A stretch of 64,000 bases of DNA from the IMG/VR virus record IMGVR_UViG_3300046820_001270, positions 192,001 through 256,000 of that record, one strand, 5' to 3'. The notes under the pieces were generated by a model, which had not been told where the DNA came from, did not search any database, and saw nothing but the letters and a program-made list of their open reading frames with translations. The position numbers were made by a program, and so were the translations under genes. Source of the DNA: a virus. Lineage: Duplodnaviria > Caudoviricetes. Positions 36,763-47,070 of the stretch are shown one piece after another (position 1 is the first letter of the stretch; each line of letters begins with the position of its first letter).

Positions 36763-37509
36763 ATGAACAAATTCGGGGTTATTAAAACCAAATTATTAAA
36801 TAAGTTAACTGAATCTTACGCTAAAGAAAATAAAGCTGAGATAAAAAATATTTTAACAACAATTAAAGAAAACAAAGATTTCAAAGAAATGTATTTGTTT
36901 TACGAAGAAATTGAAGGTAAAACTATTTCAGATAAAGAAACTGCAAAATTATACGTTGAAGGTTTAAGTACATATTTTGGTCAACCGATAGGAAATTGGA
37001 GTAATTTAAATGTATTTTGTGAATCTTTAAACAAAAGATTAGGTGATGAAGAAGTAACAACAAATGAATTATATGAGTCTTTAGATATATTATCTGAAAA
37101 AGATTCATTATCAAATATTGAAAAGAAAGTTATTGCTAAAAAGAAATTAGTTGAACATTTAACAACTAAAAAAGAAATTACAGAATCAAAAGAAACTACA
37201 TTAGTTCCTAATGAAACTTTATTAAATGCTGTGTTAGCAAACAATTTCAATGTTTTATATTCTAACACATTATCCGAATCACAAAAAGAAGAGTTAAAAA
37301 ATATTTTATCAATTTCTTATGACGATTTAATTACTAAAAGTAATGAATTGGCCGAATCAGTTATTAAACAAGTATCTACACTTTTAAGTGAATCAAATGA
37401 TACAGATTTATCCAATAAATTAAAGGCGGTAAAAGATGAGGTAACTCAGATGTCTCCGTCGAGATATAACTATTACAGATTAAACGAATTAAAAAATGGA
37501 CTTAGTTAA
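36763..37509 (+). CDS. Hypothetical head-module protein
   Basis: Helical 248-aa ORF after the portal. Confidence 0.75.
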   Translation: MNKFGVIKTKLLNKLTESYAKENKAEIKNILTTIKENKDFKEMYLFYEEIEGKTISDKETAKLYVEGLSTYFGQPIGNWSNLNVFCESLNKRLGDEEVTTNELYESLDILSEKDSLSNIEKKVIAKKKLVEHLTTKKEITESKETTLVPNETLLNAVLANNFNVLYSNTLSESQKEELKNILSISYDDLITKSNELAESVIKQVSTLLSESNDTDLSNKLKAVKDEVTQMSPSRYNYYRLNELKNGLS

Positions 37510-37693
37510 GTCCATTTCTTTTTTGTTGTATATAAACTGCTTTTAACTTTTCAGTTCTTTTCTTAACTGAAGGTTTAGTAAAGACTTGTCTTTCCCTCAA
37601 TTCTTGAACTTGTTTAACTTTTTGAACTTTATGTTTGTAAGTTCTAAGTGCAGTTTCTATACTTTTTTCTTTTGATAAATCTACTATAATCAT
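37502..37693 (-). CDS. rpsU: 30S ribosomal protein bS21
   Basis: SIETALRTYK...ELRERQVFTKPSVKKR...KAVYIQ (Bacteroidia-type C-terminus). Confidence 0.9.
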   Translation of the reverse strand: MIIVDLSKEKSIETALRTYKHKVQKVKQVQELRERQVFTKPSVKKRTEKLKAVYIQQKRNGLN

Positions 37694-37710
37694 ATATTAT
37701 AAATATACTA

Positions 37711-37718
37711 CAAATATA
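37711..37718 (-). promoter_or_regulatory. Bacteroidota -7 element upstream of bS21 (TATTTATA motif also at 37698-37705)
   Basis: Minus strand TATATTTG. Confidence 0.55.
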
Positions 37719-37795
37719 TGAAATTATTTTTGGTTATTCCAAGTATTTTCTTTATTTTTTATAAACACCATAAGAAATAATAATATGAATAATTA

Positions 37796-38221
37796 ATGAA
37801 AACAGGTAAGTATATCCCTTTAGGGACTTACAATGATGTAAAGATCGGTTATGGTACCGTAGATTTTAAAAATCTTAAAACCATTTACTTAAAGTTAAAT
37901 TCGTGGGTACAACCCGAAAATGAAACTGATGATTTTGATCACATGATTCATAAATCAAGAAGAAAAGTTAAAGAAATAATCTATAATCTTAAAACCCCTT
38001 ATTTTAAACAACAATCTATTGTTGACTTAGATATTAGAACAAAGGGAATTAAATTAGAAAAGAGATCTTTTATGAACTTGGAAATCACATTATATGTTGA
38101 TAATCAGTTCGACGTTAAATCAAAAGAAATTAAAAATAACATAAAGGATATTCTAATTTATGTTATAGAAGATGGTCTTTCTGATAAAAAACTATTCAAT
38201 TTTTACAAATCCAAAAAATAA
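37796..38221 (+). CDS. Hypothetical protein
   Basis: 141-aa ORF. Confidence 0.75.
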   Translation: MKTGKYIPLGTYNDVKIGYGTVDFKNLKTIYLKLNSWVQPENETDDFDHMIHKSRRKVKEIIYNLKTPYFKQQSIVDLDIRTKGIKLEKRSFMNLEITLYVDNQFDVKSKEIKNNIKDILIYVIEDGLSDKKLFNFYKSKK

Positions 38222-38259
38222 TAGGGATATCGATGTATTTATAGTAATAAAATCTATAA

Positions 38260-38943
38260 ATGAAGATATTAGGACCCAAAGAACTTGGAACAGGAATTTT
38301 AATAGAATACGACGCAGGACACGTATCTCCAGACGAGAACAAAAAAATTATACAGGAAATGAAGGGTGTGGACTTCTCAGAAGACCTAATCCTTTATGCT
38401 GTCTTACAAAAATTCGATACTCCAAATAAGAACGGAAGGATATATCCTGAAATGTTACTTAAAAGAGAGAACGAAAAATATCAATCACTTATTAAGAAGG
38501 GAGGAGCATTAAACGAATTAAATCACCCTTCATCTTCACTAATCGATTTAGATAGAGTATCACACTCAATTTTAGAAACTTGGTGGGACGGTAGAATCCT
38601 TATGGGTAAAATCAAGTTATTCACTTCTCCTGGATGGAAGAAGATGGGTATCGTTTCAACCAAAGGAGACCAAGCTGCAATGTTATTAATGAACGGAGCA
38701 ACTCTTGGTATCTCTTCACGTGGTGTAGGATCACTTAAACAAGTTAAAGGAGAAAACATCGTACAAGATGATTTCGAATTAGTTTGTTTTGATTTAGTAT
38801 CATCACCATCAACTCCCGGAGCTTATATTTTTAAGGACCCATCAGAAAGAGACCAATATCAAGAAGCTGAAATCAAGAAACCAACACTTGACAGTAGAAT
38901 GTCAAAACTTATGGGCAATTTAGATACATTTTTATCTAAATAA
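38260..38943 (+). CDS. Prohead protease (T4 gp21-like)
   Basis: NKNGRIYP, ELNHP, DRVSH, GISSRGVGS, DLVSSPS. Confidence 0.95.
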   Translation: MKILGPKELGTGILIEYDAGHVSPDENKKIIQEMKGVDFSEDLILYAVLQKFDTPNKNGRIYPEMLLKRENEKYQSLIKKGGALNELNHPSSSLIDLDRVSHSILETWWDGRILMGKIKLFTSPGWKKMGIVSTKGDQAAMLLMNGATLGISSRGVGSLKQVKGENIVQDDFELVCFDLVSSPSTPGAYIFKDPSERDQYQEAEIKKPTLDSRMSKLMGNLDTFLSK

Positions 38944-39032
38944 TAAACTTTATAGGGGCAGTAATATTAAAAAACACGATTTTTTACTAAATCGTAGTAT
39001 TTATAAGATAATAAAAACAATTAATTTTCACA

Positions 39033-40313
39033 ATGAGCGAAAAATCAATTTTAGAACAAGCGTTACTTCAAGTGCAAAATCTTGAAGAAGCAGTTAAGCA
39101 AAATGCAAAAGGTATACTTGCTTCAACAATGAAGGAAGAACTTAAAGATTTGCTAAAAGAATCATTGGAAGAAGAGGAAGATGTTGACGTTATGGAACAA
39201 CCAGAAACTGAAACTGATCCTGAAGGAGAGGAAGAACAAGATGTGGCAGCTGACGACGAAGAAACAGACGATGAGTCTGAAGAAGACGTTGATACAGATG
39301 TTGATACAGATACAGACCTCGATAACTTAGACTCAACAGATGACGTTGATTCAGATGTTGACGCTGACGTTGACATGGATGATATGAGTACCGATATGGA
39401 TACTGATATGGAATCTATGGATGACGAAGGTTCAATGGATGATGAAGACGTTATGGATATGACAAGTGCTTCAGACGATGAAGTTCTTAAAGTATTCAAA
39501 GCTATGAAACCAGAAGATGGTATCGTAGTTAAGAAAGACGGTAACAATGTTGAATTCGGTGACGGTGAAGATGAATACATTATCAAATTAGATGGTGAAG
39601 ATTCTGATGTCGATGCTGGAATGGACATGGGTGCTGACTTTAGTTCAGATGTTGATTCTGACGTTGATTCCGACGTTGAAATGGATGAAATGGATATGGA
39701 TGTGGATGCTGATATGGACACTGATACAGATGTTGATGGTGAAATGGAAGCTGACGAAGAAACTATCTATGAAATCGAATTAGACGAGGAAGATGAGGTT
39801 GAAGAACCTAAAAAAGTTGAAGCTACTGAAGCTGCACGTACAAAATCAAACCCTCACGGAAACAAGAATGGTATGAAAAGAGCTGGTTTACCATCTAAAA
39901 AAATGTACAAGGCAGGATCTGGTATCAACGAACAAGTTGAAACATTGAAAAAACAAAATGCTGAATATAAAAAGGCATTAGTATTATTCAAGGATAAACT
40001 AAATGAAGTTGCAGTATTCAATGCAAACTTAGCTTACGCTACACGTTTGTTTACTGAACATTCAACTACAAAACAAGAGAAATTGAACATATTAAAGAGA
40101 TTTGATACAGTTTCTACTATGAATGAATCTAAAGGTTTATTCAACACAATCAAAACTGAATTAGGTTCAAAAACTACGGTTACCGAATCAGTTGCGACAA
40201 AAATCTCTAACACTCCATCAACATCTTCTTCTACAGAGGTATTATCTGAGTCAAAAGCTTACGAAAATCCTCAATTCAGTAGAATTAAAGAAATGATGAG
40301 AAAAATAAAATAA
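39033..40313 (+). CDS. Prohead scaffolding protein (gp22-like)
   Basis: Very acidic, coiled-coil C-terminal half, located between protease and MCP. Confidence 0.85.
   Translation: MSEKSILEQALLQVQNLEEAVKQNAKGILASTMKEELKDLLKESLEEEEDVDVMEQPETETDPEGEEEQDVAADDEETDDESEEDVDTDVDTDTDLDNLDSTDDVDSDVDADVDMDDMSTDMDTDMESMDDEGSMDDEDVMDMTSASDDEVLKVFKAMKPEDGIVVKKDGNNVEFGDGEDEYIIKLDGEDSDVDAGMDMGADFSSDVDSDVDSDVEMDEMDMDVDADMDTDTDVDGEMEADEETIYEIELDEEDEVEEPKKVEATEAARTKSNPHGNKNGMKRAGLPSKKMYKAGSGINEQVETLKKQNAEYKKALVLFKDKLNEVAVFNANLAYATRLFTEHSTTKQEKLNILKRFDTVSTMNESKGLFNTIKTELGSKTTVTESVATKISNTPSTSSSTEVLSESKAYENPQFSRIKEMMRKIK
39230..39760 (+). repeat. Asp-rich DxDxDM/DVDSDV coding repeats in the scaffold
   Basis: GATGTTGATTCTGACGTTGAT-type units. 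Confidence 0.75.
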
Positions 40314-40338
40314 ATTAAAAACAAAATACAATTTTAAA

Positions 40339-42105
40339 ATGGGAGCATTATTAGAATCAGGTATGGTAGGTAACATCGGTCTTAAGCACCTTAGAGTTAT
40401 CAAAGAAGATACCATCAAAAAATGGGACGAATTAGGCTTTTTAGAAGGTCTTGACGGTCACCAAAAAGATAACATCGCACAATTATATGAAAACCAAGCG
40501 TCTTACTTAATCAACGAAGCAGCAGTAGCTGATGCGTCTGGTTCTTTCGAGACTGTAGTTTTCCCTATCATTCGTCGTGTATTCTCTAAATTATTAGCTA
40601 ACGACATCGTGTCTGTACAAGCTATGAACTTACCAATCGGTAAATTATTCTATTTCATTCCTAAAATTCAGGAAAGAGATGGTAATGGTCACTACTCACC
40701 TTATGGTGGTGCGAACAACGATTTAGGTTTACCACAGAACGCACAATCAGGTTATCCTGCTGGAAAGAGAAGTTTATATGATCGTTTCTACGAAGCTAGT
40801 GACGATTTAGAACAAGGTCTTTTTGATTACTCAAAAGGAGCTTTCTCTGTTCAATCATTAACTGTAAATGGTTTCACAACTTTCTCTAATGGTGTGGTTG
40901 ATGTTAGTACAAGTGCAATTGCAACAGGTACAACAAAATCAAATGTTATTTTAGCATTATCTGGTTTCACATCAGCAGGTGCAGGTAAATTAAAAGGACC
41001 AGACGGTAATGAAATGGATTCTGAAGAATTCTTAGCTTCATTACAAGTGTTCACTTCAGATGCTAACTTATTAGCTTTCTTAGGTGCGACTACAGGTACT
41101 TCTTTACCAATCAATATCGTTACTCAAAAGTACGGTAAAGGTATCGTAGAATACGGTGCTAAAACAACTAACTCAACACAAAACTACTATGATATTTGTG
41201 ATGCTGATGGTGTTATCTATGTTCAAGTAGATTTACAAAAATACAGTGCAACTGCAGGTTTCGTTGATTACGTTGTAACTGGTTCAACATTAGCTAGAAC
41301 AGAATTCAACGCATCTTATCGTAAGTATGCAACTTTGGAATTTGAAGAGCAAATTGGTGAAGTATCTTTTGATTTAGAATCAGTAACAGTTTCTGTAACT
41401 GAAAGAAAATTAAGAGCTAGCTGGTCTCCAGAATTAGCACAAGATGTTAGTGCATTCCACAACATCGATGCTGAAGCTGAATTGACAGCTTTATTATCAG
41501 AGCAAATCGCTGCCGAAGTTGACCGTGAAATCTTACGTGATTTACGTAAAGGTGCAGCATGGAAAGCTAAATGGGATTACAATGAGTGGAAATACGGTGG
41601 TGCAAACGGTGCAACTTTACAAGGTTACACACAGAAAGATTGGAACCAAACTTTGGTTACAAAAATCAACCAAATTTCAGCTCAAATCCACAAAACTACG
41701 TTAAGAGGTGGTGCTAACTGGATCGTTATTTCTTCAGAGATTTCTGCAGTATTTGATGATTTAGAGTATTTCCACGTTTCTAACGCAGAACCAGAGCAAG
41801 ATCAATATAACATGGGTATCGAGAAAATCGGTTCAGTAGGTGGACGTTACCAAGTGTATCGTGATCCTTACTTCCCAGCGAACAAGATCTTGATTGGTCA
41901 TAAAGGTAAGTCTTTGTTAGATGCAGGTTATGTATACGCACCATATGTGCCATTACAGTTAACCCCTACAATGTACAATCCGTTCAACATGACTCCGATC
42001 AAAGGTATCATGACTCGTTACGCAAAGAAAATGGTAAACAACCGTTACTTTGGTATCATCGATGTTCAAGGTATTCAATCTTTCGGATTAGATACATTAA
42101 GATAA
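40339..42105 (+). CDS. Major capsid protein (T4 gp23-like)
   Basis: KWDELGFLEG, QAMNLPIGKLF, RKLRASWSPELAQD, EVDREI, YAPYVPLQ, GIMTRY. Confidence 0.97.
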   Translation: MGALLESGMVGNIGLKHLRVIKEDTIKKWDELGFLEGLDGHQKDNIAQLYENQASYLINEAAVADASGSFETVVFPIIRRVFSKLLANDIVSVQAMNLPIGKLFYFIPKIQERDGNGHYSPYGGANNDLGLPQNAQSGYPAGKRSLYDRFYEASDDLEQGLFDYSKGAFSVQSLTVNGFTTFSNGVVDVSTSAIATGTTKSNVILALSGFTSAGAGKLKGPDGNEMDSEEFLASLQVFTSDANLLAFLGATTGTSLPINIVTQKYGKGIVEYGAKTTNSTQNYYDICDADGVIYVQVDLQKYSATAGFVDYVVTGSTLARTEFNASYRKYATLEFEEQIGEVSFDLESVTVSVTERKLRASWSPELAQDVSAFHNIDAEAELTALLSEQIAAEVDREILRDLRKGAAWKAKWDYNEWKYGGANGATLQGYTQKDWNQTLVTKINQISAQIHKTTLRGGANWIVISSEISAVFDDLEYFHVSNAEPEQDQYNMGIEKIGSVGGRYQVYRDPYFPANKILIGHKGKSLLDAGYVYAPYVPLQLTPTMYNPFNMTPIKGIMTRYAKKMVNNRYFGIIDVQGIQSFGLDTLR

Positions 42106-42123
42106 TCTTAATATTATCAATAG

Positions 42124-42154
42124 AAAAACCCTCGAGAAATCGGGGGTTTTTTAT
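42124..42154 (+). terminator. Intrinsic terminator after MCP
   Basis: AAAAACCCTCGA-gaaa-TCGGGGGTTTTT-T. Confidence 0.88.
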
Positions 42155-42191
42155 TTTTGGTATATTCTAAATAAAGTTGTATATTTGTAAT

Positions 42192-42488
42192 ATGGAATAC
42201 GAAAACCTACGTTTAGACATACTAACCAAACTCATAGATGAGAGGGGAATTGTATGTAAAAACAAGAAAGATGTAATGATTGAACACCTCAAAATGGACG
42301 ATGAGGGGAAATATGTTCGTGAAACTACCTACGAAAAGTGGGAAGGTCGGTTTTTGGTGGGTATAGACCTTAAAAACGGACCTCATTTAATACAAATGGG
42401 TAAGTTAGTGGAAAAGAAAGAGGCGTCTCCTAAGGGTCTTTATGCATCAGATAGAGTATATTTTCTTTCTGGTCAAAAATTAATTTAA
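42192..42488 (+). CDS. Hypothetical protein with a SAP/Rho-N-like N-terminus
   Basis: MEYENLRLDILTKLIDERGIVCKNKKDVMIEHL; TATATTTG promoter at 42180-42187. Confidence 0.65.
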   Translation: MEYENLRLDILTKLIDERGIVCKNKKDVMIEHLKMDDEGKYVRETTYEKWEGRFLVGIDLKNGPHLIQMGKLVEKKEASPKGLYASDRVYFLSGQKLI

Positions 42489-42489
42489 A

Positions 42490-43239
42490 TTACCAAGTTC
42501 TACAAGCCCAATATCTTGGTTTCCAACGTGGACCTGGATTTGAACAATTGTGTCTCGCTCTAAATGATTTACGTCTTTTTGGGTTATTTTTTTTAATAAC
42601 CATTCTTTTACCTTTTGCAGATTTACCACCAAATCCAAAGTTTACTTTAACGACTTTACCTTTGTCGTTTTTAACATAAACTTTAAATTTCTTAACGTCT
42701 CCTTGCATAATTTTACCTAACTGAACTTTACGTCCTTGGTATTCCGCTTCATTTAACATATTGTTATATTCGAAATTAGTATTTTGTACTGAACCGTCTT
42801 CATCTTCGTAAATTAATACGGGAGTTTGTTCGTTATATTCAAATAGTCTTTCGAATTGATCTTCTGATATTTGTATTATTGTTCTTTTTTCCATATTTTC
42901 ATCGAATTTAGTCATAGTTGGTTTATTACCCTTTCCCACTTTAGGATCTTTTTTTTCAGCTCTTCTTTTTTGTGAAGTCATTGCTTTCTTTTCTTTTTTA
43001 CTGTAAGACGAAGCAACTTTAGGAGTTTCTTTAGAAACTTTTTTTGAAGGTCTACATTTTGGATATGATTTACCGTCAGCATCTTTTCTACCACACGGTG
43101 GATGTTTACCGTTTACCTTTTTACTAACATCAACCCATTTTTCTTTAAACCATCTTCTAAGGTCTTCTTTTAAAACCTCACCAGATTTAATGGATTCTTC
43201 TATATATTCTTTATCTTCTTTTGAAACGATAATTCTCAT
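42490..43239 (-). CDS. Basic modular phage protein (probable internal head protein)
   Basis: LRRWFKEKWVDV...YPKCRP module and KKNNPKRRKSFRARHNC module. Start corrected to MRIIVSKED. Confidence 0.75.
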   Translation of the reverse strand: MRIIVSKEDKEYIEESIKSGEVLKEDLRRWFKEKWVDVSKKVNGKHPPCGRKDADGKSYPKCRPSKKVSKETPKVASSYSKKEKKAMTSQKRRAEKKDPKVGKGNKPTMTKFDENMEKRTIIQISEDQFERLFEYNEQTPVLIYEDEDGSVQNTNFEYNNMLNEAEYQGRKVQLGKIMQGDVKKFKVYVKNDKGKVVKVNFGFGGKSAKGKRMVIKKNNPKRRKSFRARHNCSNPGPRWKPRYWACRTW

Positions 43240-43240
43240 A

Positions 43241-43897
43241 TTATTTACATTTTCTCCAACCACCACCTTTAGATTTGTAATTTTTTGCCGCCCATCCGTT
43301 TGCATATGCTGAAGGATAAACATCAAATTTTCTTTTAGCCGCCGCTTTAGATGCTGCCCATTTTGCAGGGTCTGTAGGACAATTCTTACTCTCGTCTATT
43401 TCTTTTTCGGTAGATTCATTCTTAGGTGATTTACCTTGCTTCTTCATATTAATTGCAATTGCCGCTTGTTGAGCTGGACTACTTGCTTCGTTTGTTGGAA
43501 CACAGTTTGGTACCATTTTTCCGTTTTTCTTCTTACCACCAACTTGTTTATATCCATCCCAACATTTTTCATCAAGTTGATCTTCTTCATTCATACTAAA
43601 TTGATCCATATCAGCGGTTACATCTTCTTTATCATTACTTTTAGTTTCATTCATAAAGAAATCAAAAACTTGATCCATGTTGTTCTTTGCCTCAGATACG
43701 TGATCATCAGCCCAATCGTGACCATTCTTAATGATTTGATCTAACTCTTGTGGATCCATTTTCATCAACATCTCACATTGTCTGTGAATTTGTTGTAAAT
43801 TACTGAAAAACATGTAGTTTTCAGTTGATTGATTTTCCTTTATAATCTTAGTGATATATTTTCTAAGATCGTTTTCTTTTAGTTTAATTACTTTCAT
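43241..43897 (-). CDS. Modular phage protein (probable internal head protein)
   Basis: HDWADDHV, KCWDGYKQVG...VPNCVP and DVYPSAYANGW modules separated by LxE/IxE sites. Confidence 0.75.
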   Translation of the reverse strand: MKVIKLKENDLRKYITKIIKENQSTENYMFFSNLQQIHRQCEMLMKMDPQELDQIIKNGHDWADDHVSEAKNNMDQVFDFFMNETKSNDKEDVTADMDQFSMNEEDQLDEKCWDGYKQVGGKKKNGKMVPNCVPTNEASSPAQQAAIAINMKKQGKSPKNESTEKEIDESKNCPTDPAKWAASKAAAKRKFDVYPSAYANGWAAKNYKSKGGGWRKCK

Positions 43898-43912
43898 AAT
43901 ATATAAATAGTT

Positions 43913-45295
43913 TTATTTTTCAGACAATATTTCAAACTTAATTGATTCGTTATAATAAATCTCCTCAGTATGTGTTTTTGCTTTAATTTCTAAATGGTAC
44001 TCTCTCGGAATATAGTTATTTGTATCAAAATAGAATGAGTTTTCATTAGTCTTATCTAACAATGTCCAATCATGTACATTGACATCAACTGTTCCTTCCT
44101 TAATATATAATCTATAATAAACCTCATCAAATAACACTGATTTTGGTACATCTAAAGATTTAATTGTTACAATTACTTTTCTAACATCACCTTGTTTAAT
44201 TTTCTCACCTTGTTTAATGCCAAAGTATTGAATTTTATAACGTTGTAATTCTGTTTGATTTTCCCCGATTGTATATTGTGATGTAAATGGTTTCGGTACA
44301 AATTTTTGTCTAATGTCCTCAATTTCAATACCGTCAATTGATAAATCAGTCCAACGATCGTAGAAAAAACGTTTACCATCACATAAATTACCATCAATAC
44401 CTAAGGTTACTCTATAAACACCCTTTTTAACATGAGATACTGATTGTAGATTGTTTAAACCACTTATAACCGTTCCCGTTGAGTCTAAAATATCAACTCT
44501 TGGAACTGTATCTAAATTATAAAAATTAGTTCCTTTAGTTACGTATAAATAAAGATGGTTATCCACACCTGCCGCGAAATTCAACCTATTATCGTCTATT
44601 CTATCATTTACATATGTCTCAACATATGGTTCAAAGAACGTTTGTGTATATTTTGTAAAAAATGAAACTGATTGTTCAAACATAGGTGTTAAATCTTGGA
44701 AAGGAACCGAAAACGCCAATCCAAGTCCTTTTAAATTTCCTAATGTGTTCCATTGTAACATATCATTAATATATGAGGTGATATCAACATTAATATCTTC
44801 ATTACCGTTATCAAAATGGATAGTTTCAATAATTGTTGGGTTTTCGGCATATATACCTGATGTAGACCAACTATTTAATGTAGTCCTATCGTACCAAGTT
44901 GATGGTCTTTGATCAAATACTTTTTCACCGTTTAATGTATCGGCGTTAGTATTAACATAATCAAATCCAACTCCTTCATCCCAATATTCACCAATTTCAA
45001 ATAAAATTAAATCAAATGATGTTGCTCTATCTCTACCGGTCGATCTTAATTGACCTTTAAATGCCTCATCCCCAAAAATACAGTTGGTTAAATGTAAAGT
45101 ATGTGTGATATTAGTAAGATTAGAAAATTCACCAGTATTAAATTTATTAATTAAATCTGTAAAATCTACTTTAAATATGAATTTAGAAAACCCACCACCA
45201 TAATAGATCTCAGTTGTAGGGTTTTTAGCCGTATTAACCTGAGAATTCTTTATAATTGTGTTGTTCTTCTCAAAATAGGAACGTATATATGACAT
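43913..45295 (-). CDS. Hypothetical beta-rich protein (probably structural)
   Basis: 460 aa, preceded by TATTTAT. Confidence 0.75.
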   Translation of the reverse strand: MSYIRSYFEKNNTIIKNSQVNTAKNPTTEIYYGGGFSKFIFKVDFTDLINKFNTGEFSNLTNITHTLHLTNCIFGDEAFKGQLRSTGRDRATSFDLILFEIGEYWDEGVGFDYVNTNADTLNGEKVFDQRPSTWYDRTTLNSWSTSGIYAENPTIIETIHFDNGNEDINVDITSYINDMLQWNTLGNLKGLGLAFSVPFQDLTPMFEQSVSFFTKYTQTFFEPYVETYVNDRIDDNRLNFAAGVDNHLYLYVTKGTNFYNLDTVPRVDILDSTGTVISGLNNLQSVSHVKKGVYRVTLGIDGNLCDGKRFFYDRWTDLSIDGIEIEDIRQKFVPKPFTSQYTIGENQTELQRYKIQYFGIKQGEKIKQGDVRKVIVTIKSLDVPKSVLFDEVYYRLYIKEGTVDVNVHDWTLLDKTNENSFYFDTNNYIPREYHLEIKAKTHTEEIYYNESIKFEILSEK

Positions 45296-45318
45296 CTTTT
45301 TTATTAATAAATATCAAA

Positions 45319-46866
45319 TTAGTTGATTCTAATCGATTTATTTAATATATCATTTTCAATCGTTTTTAAAAGTTCTTTTAATTGATTACCCTCATTATAA
45401 TCATATTGACCTGAAATTGACATTAATGGATTATGTCTATGTGTAAAAATTACTTCAATCATCTTATTAAGTAAGTTTAATAAGTTTTCCCCTCTTACCG
45501 TGGAGAATGTGGCTGGTTCAATCTTTTTAATATAATCTTGTTGTGTTAACTCATACCCATTTAAATCAAAAAACGGTACTGGATTATTAGATTCATTTGT
45601 ACCTAAATCGGTAGACAATAAATAAAACTTATCGGCCATTATTGCTCCAAACGTTTGTTCAGGACTATTAGGGTCAATTTTAACTCTTTCTTCAATTGAC
45701 TCAACCTCTTTAATTTCATTTTTTGCTTTAGTTTCTGACCATATCAAACCGCTAGATGGTCCAACCCTTAAAACATTTACATTATTTAATATTGTTTGTC
45801 TATTATCTCTTTCTTCTTGAGTGCTTAAAGAATCTGTTTTAAATTTTTTGGTAGGTCTAAAATAAAAAGGATGCATGTCATCCATGTATTGTGATAAATT
45901 ATAATTTTCATCTAAACCAAATAACCCTTTTTCGTGTAATATAAAAATATTATCTCTTATATCTTTATAAATGTCATTTATGGAATTTACTGTGGTTGTT
46001 AATGTTGGTGTTGTTTGTGTATCGTCTAAATTAATTAATTTTATTAATGAAGATGTTGCATATGAATGCTCAGTAAAATAATTACTTTTAAACTCGTCCC
46101 CAAAAGGAGTGATAACTTTATAGACAAATAGTCTTATTGTTGCAGGAGATTCATCAGACACATTTTTTAATCCACCTTCTTTATATACCTCATACTCGAC
46201 AATATATTTAATATCTTTATTTTCACTTACATTATTTTTAACAACGACCTCCTCTATTGTCATCTTTTTAGGGAATTTTTTAAGATATAACCTAGATGAT
46301 TTTTTAGCCATTATTGGATAATCTATTAAAACCGCTTTGTTCGACGCACTTGCGGCACCTTTAGATAATAACTTACCACTTCTTAATTGTAACCCATTTT
46401 CGGTAAATAATATATCTGAATTATTTTTACCATATATTGCAAAATCTTTTTCTTTTGCAAATGTATTTTCAGATTTTTTATTAATGTACTTACCCCCAAT
46501 ATTATTTCTTATGTTTGGTTTATGTAAAACACTAACACCATAAGTTGTATTTGCCACTTGTTGTGAAAATGTTTGACCGTTATAATCATACATTGTTGTA
46601 AATGGACCCGCAATATATTCAACATTTACAGTATCTTTATCCGTATTATATTGAATGATTTTTACCGATTGATTTATTTCAGGAATAAAATTAATGTTAT
46701 TTGGTAAAAATGGATTTGCAATAAATAAATCCCTGTCACTCCAAGGTTCATAATCTATAGCCTTTTCTCTTTGACCTGGCATTTCGTTATAACGAATAAC
46801 TCGTATTCTACCAATTCCTAACGGATCAACATTATCTACACATTTACCAATATCTATTATTTTCAT
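45319..46866 (-). CDS. Baseplate hub/spike gp5-like protein (N-terminal OB fold)
   Basis: GKCVDNVDPLGIGRIRV...FIPEINQSVKI; C-terminal VRGENLLNLL...HRH. Confidence 0.7.
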   Translation of the reverse strand: MKIIDIGKCVDNVDPLGIGRIRVIRYNEMPGQREKAIDYEPWSDRDLFIANPFLPNNINFIPEINQSVKIIQYNTDKDTVNVEYIAGPFTTMYDYNGQTFSQQVANTTYGVSVLHKPNIRNNIGGKYINKKSENTFAKEKDFAIYGKNNSDILFTENGLQLRSGKLLSKGAASASNKAVLIDYPIMAKKSSRLYLKKFPKKMTIEEVVVKNNVSENKDIKYIVEYEVYKEGGLKNVSDESPATIRLFVYKVITPFGDEFKSNYFTEHSYATSSLIKLINLDDTQTTPTLTTTVNSINDIYKDIRDNIFILHEKGLFGLDENYNLSQYMDDMHPFYFRPTKKFKTDSLSTQEERDNRQTILNNVNVLRVGPSSGLIWSETKAKNEIKEVESIEERVKIDPNSPEQTFGAIMADKFYLLSTDLGTNESNNPVPFFDLNGYELTQQDYIKKIEPATFSTVRGENLLNLLNKMIEVIFTHRHNPLMSISGQYDYNEGNQLKELLKTIENDILNKSIRIN

Positions 46867-47066
46867 TTCCCCGTATATCTTTTTTCAATTTCTTTATTAA
46901 CCTTATTATATAAACTCTCAACACCATCTAAATGACGTGTTAAATCAATAATTAATTCTTTTGTTTTTTCAAATTCCTCTAATAATTCATCTGCAACAAT
47001 GAGTAAATCTTTATTAGATTTATTTTGTACATCGTTTGCTATTTCAATTAATTTTTTACTTTCCAT
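46863..47066 (-). CDS. Small coiled-coil hypothetical protein
   Basis: 67-aa coupled ORF. Confidence 0.7.
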   Translation of the reverse strand: MESKKLIEIANDVQNKSNKDLLIVADELLEEFEKTKELIIDLTRHLDGVESLYNKVNKEIEKRYTGK

Positions 47067-47070
47067 ATTA

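Noticed and set aside
39068-39783. 217-aa Ser-rich antisense ORF and a 63-aa alternative-frame ORF
   Set aside because: Shadows of the Asp-rich scaffold repeats.
33086-42105. Introns or inteins in terminase, portal or MCP
   Set aside because: The ORFs are uninterrupted, and no intein splicing motifs were seen.
44631-44639. Fourth GTTCTTTGA match
   Set aside because: Inside a coding region with no promoter or RNA gene; probably chance.
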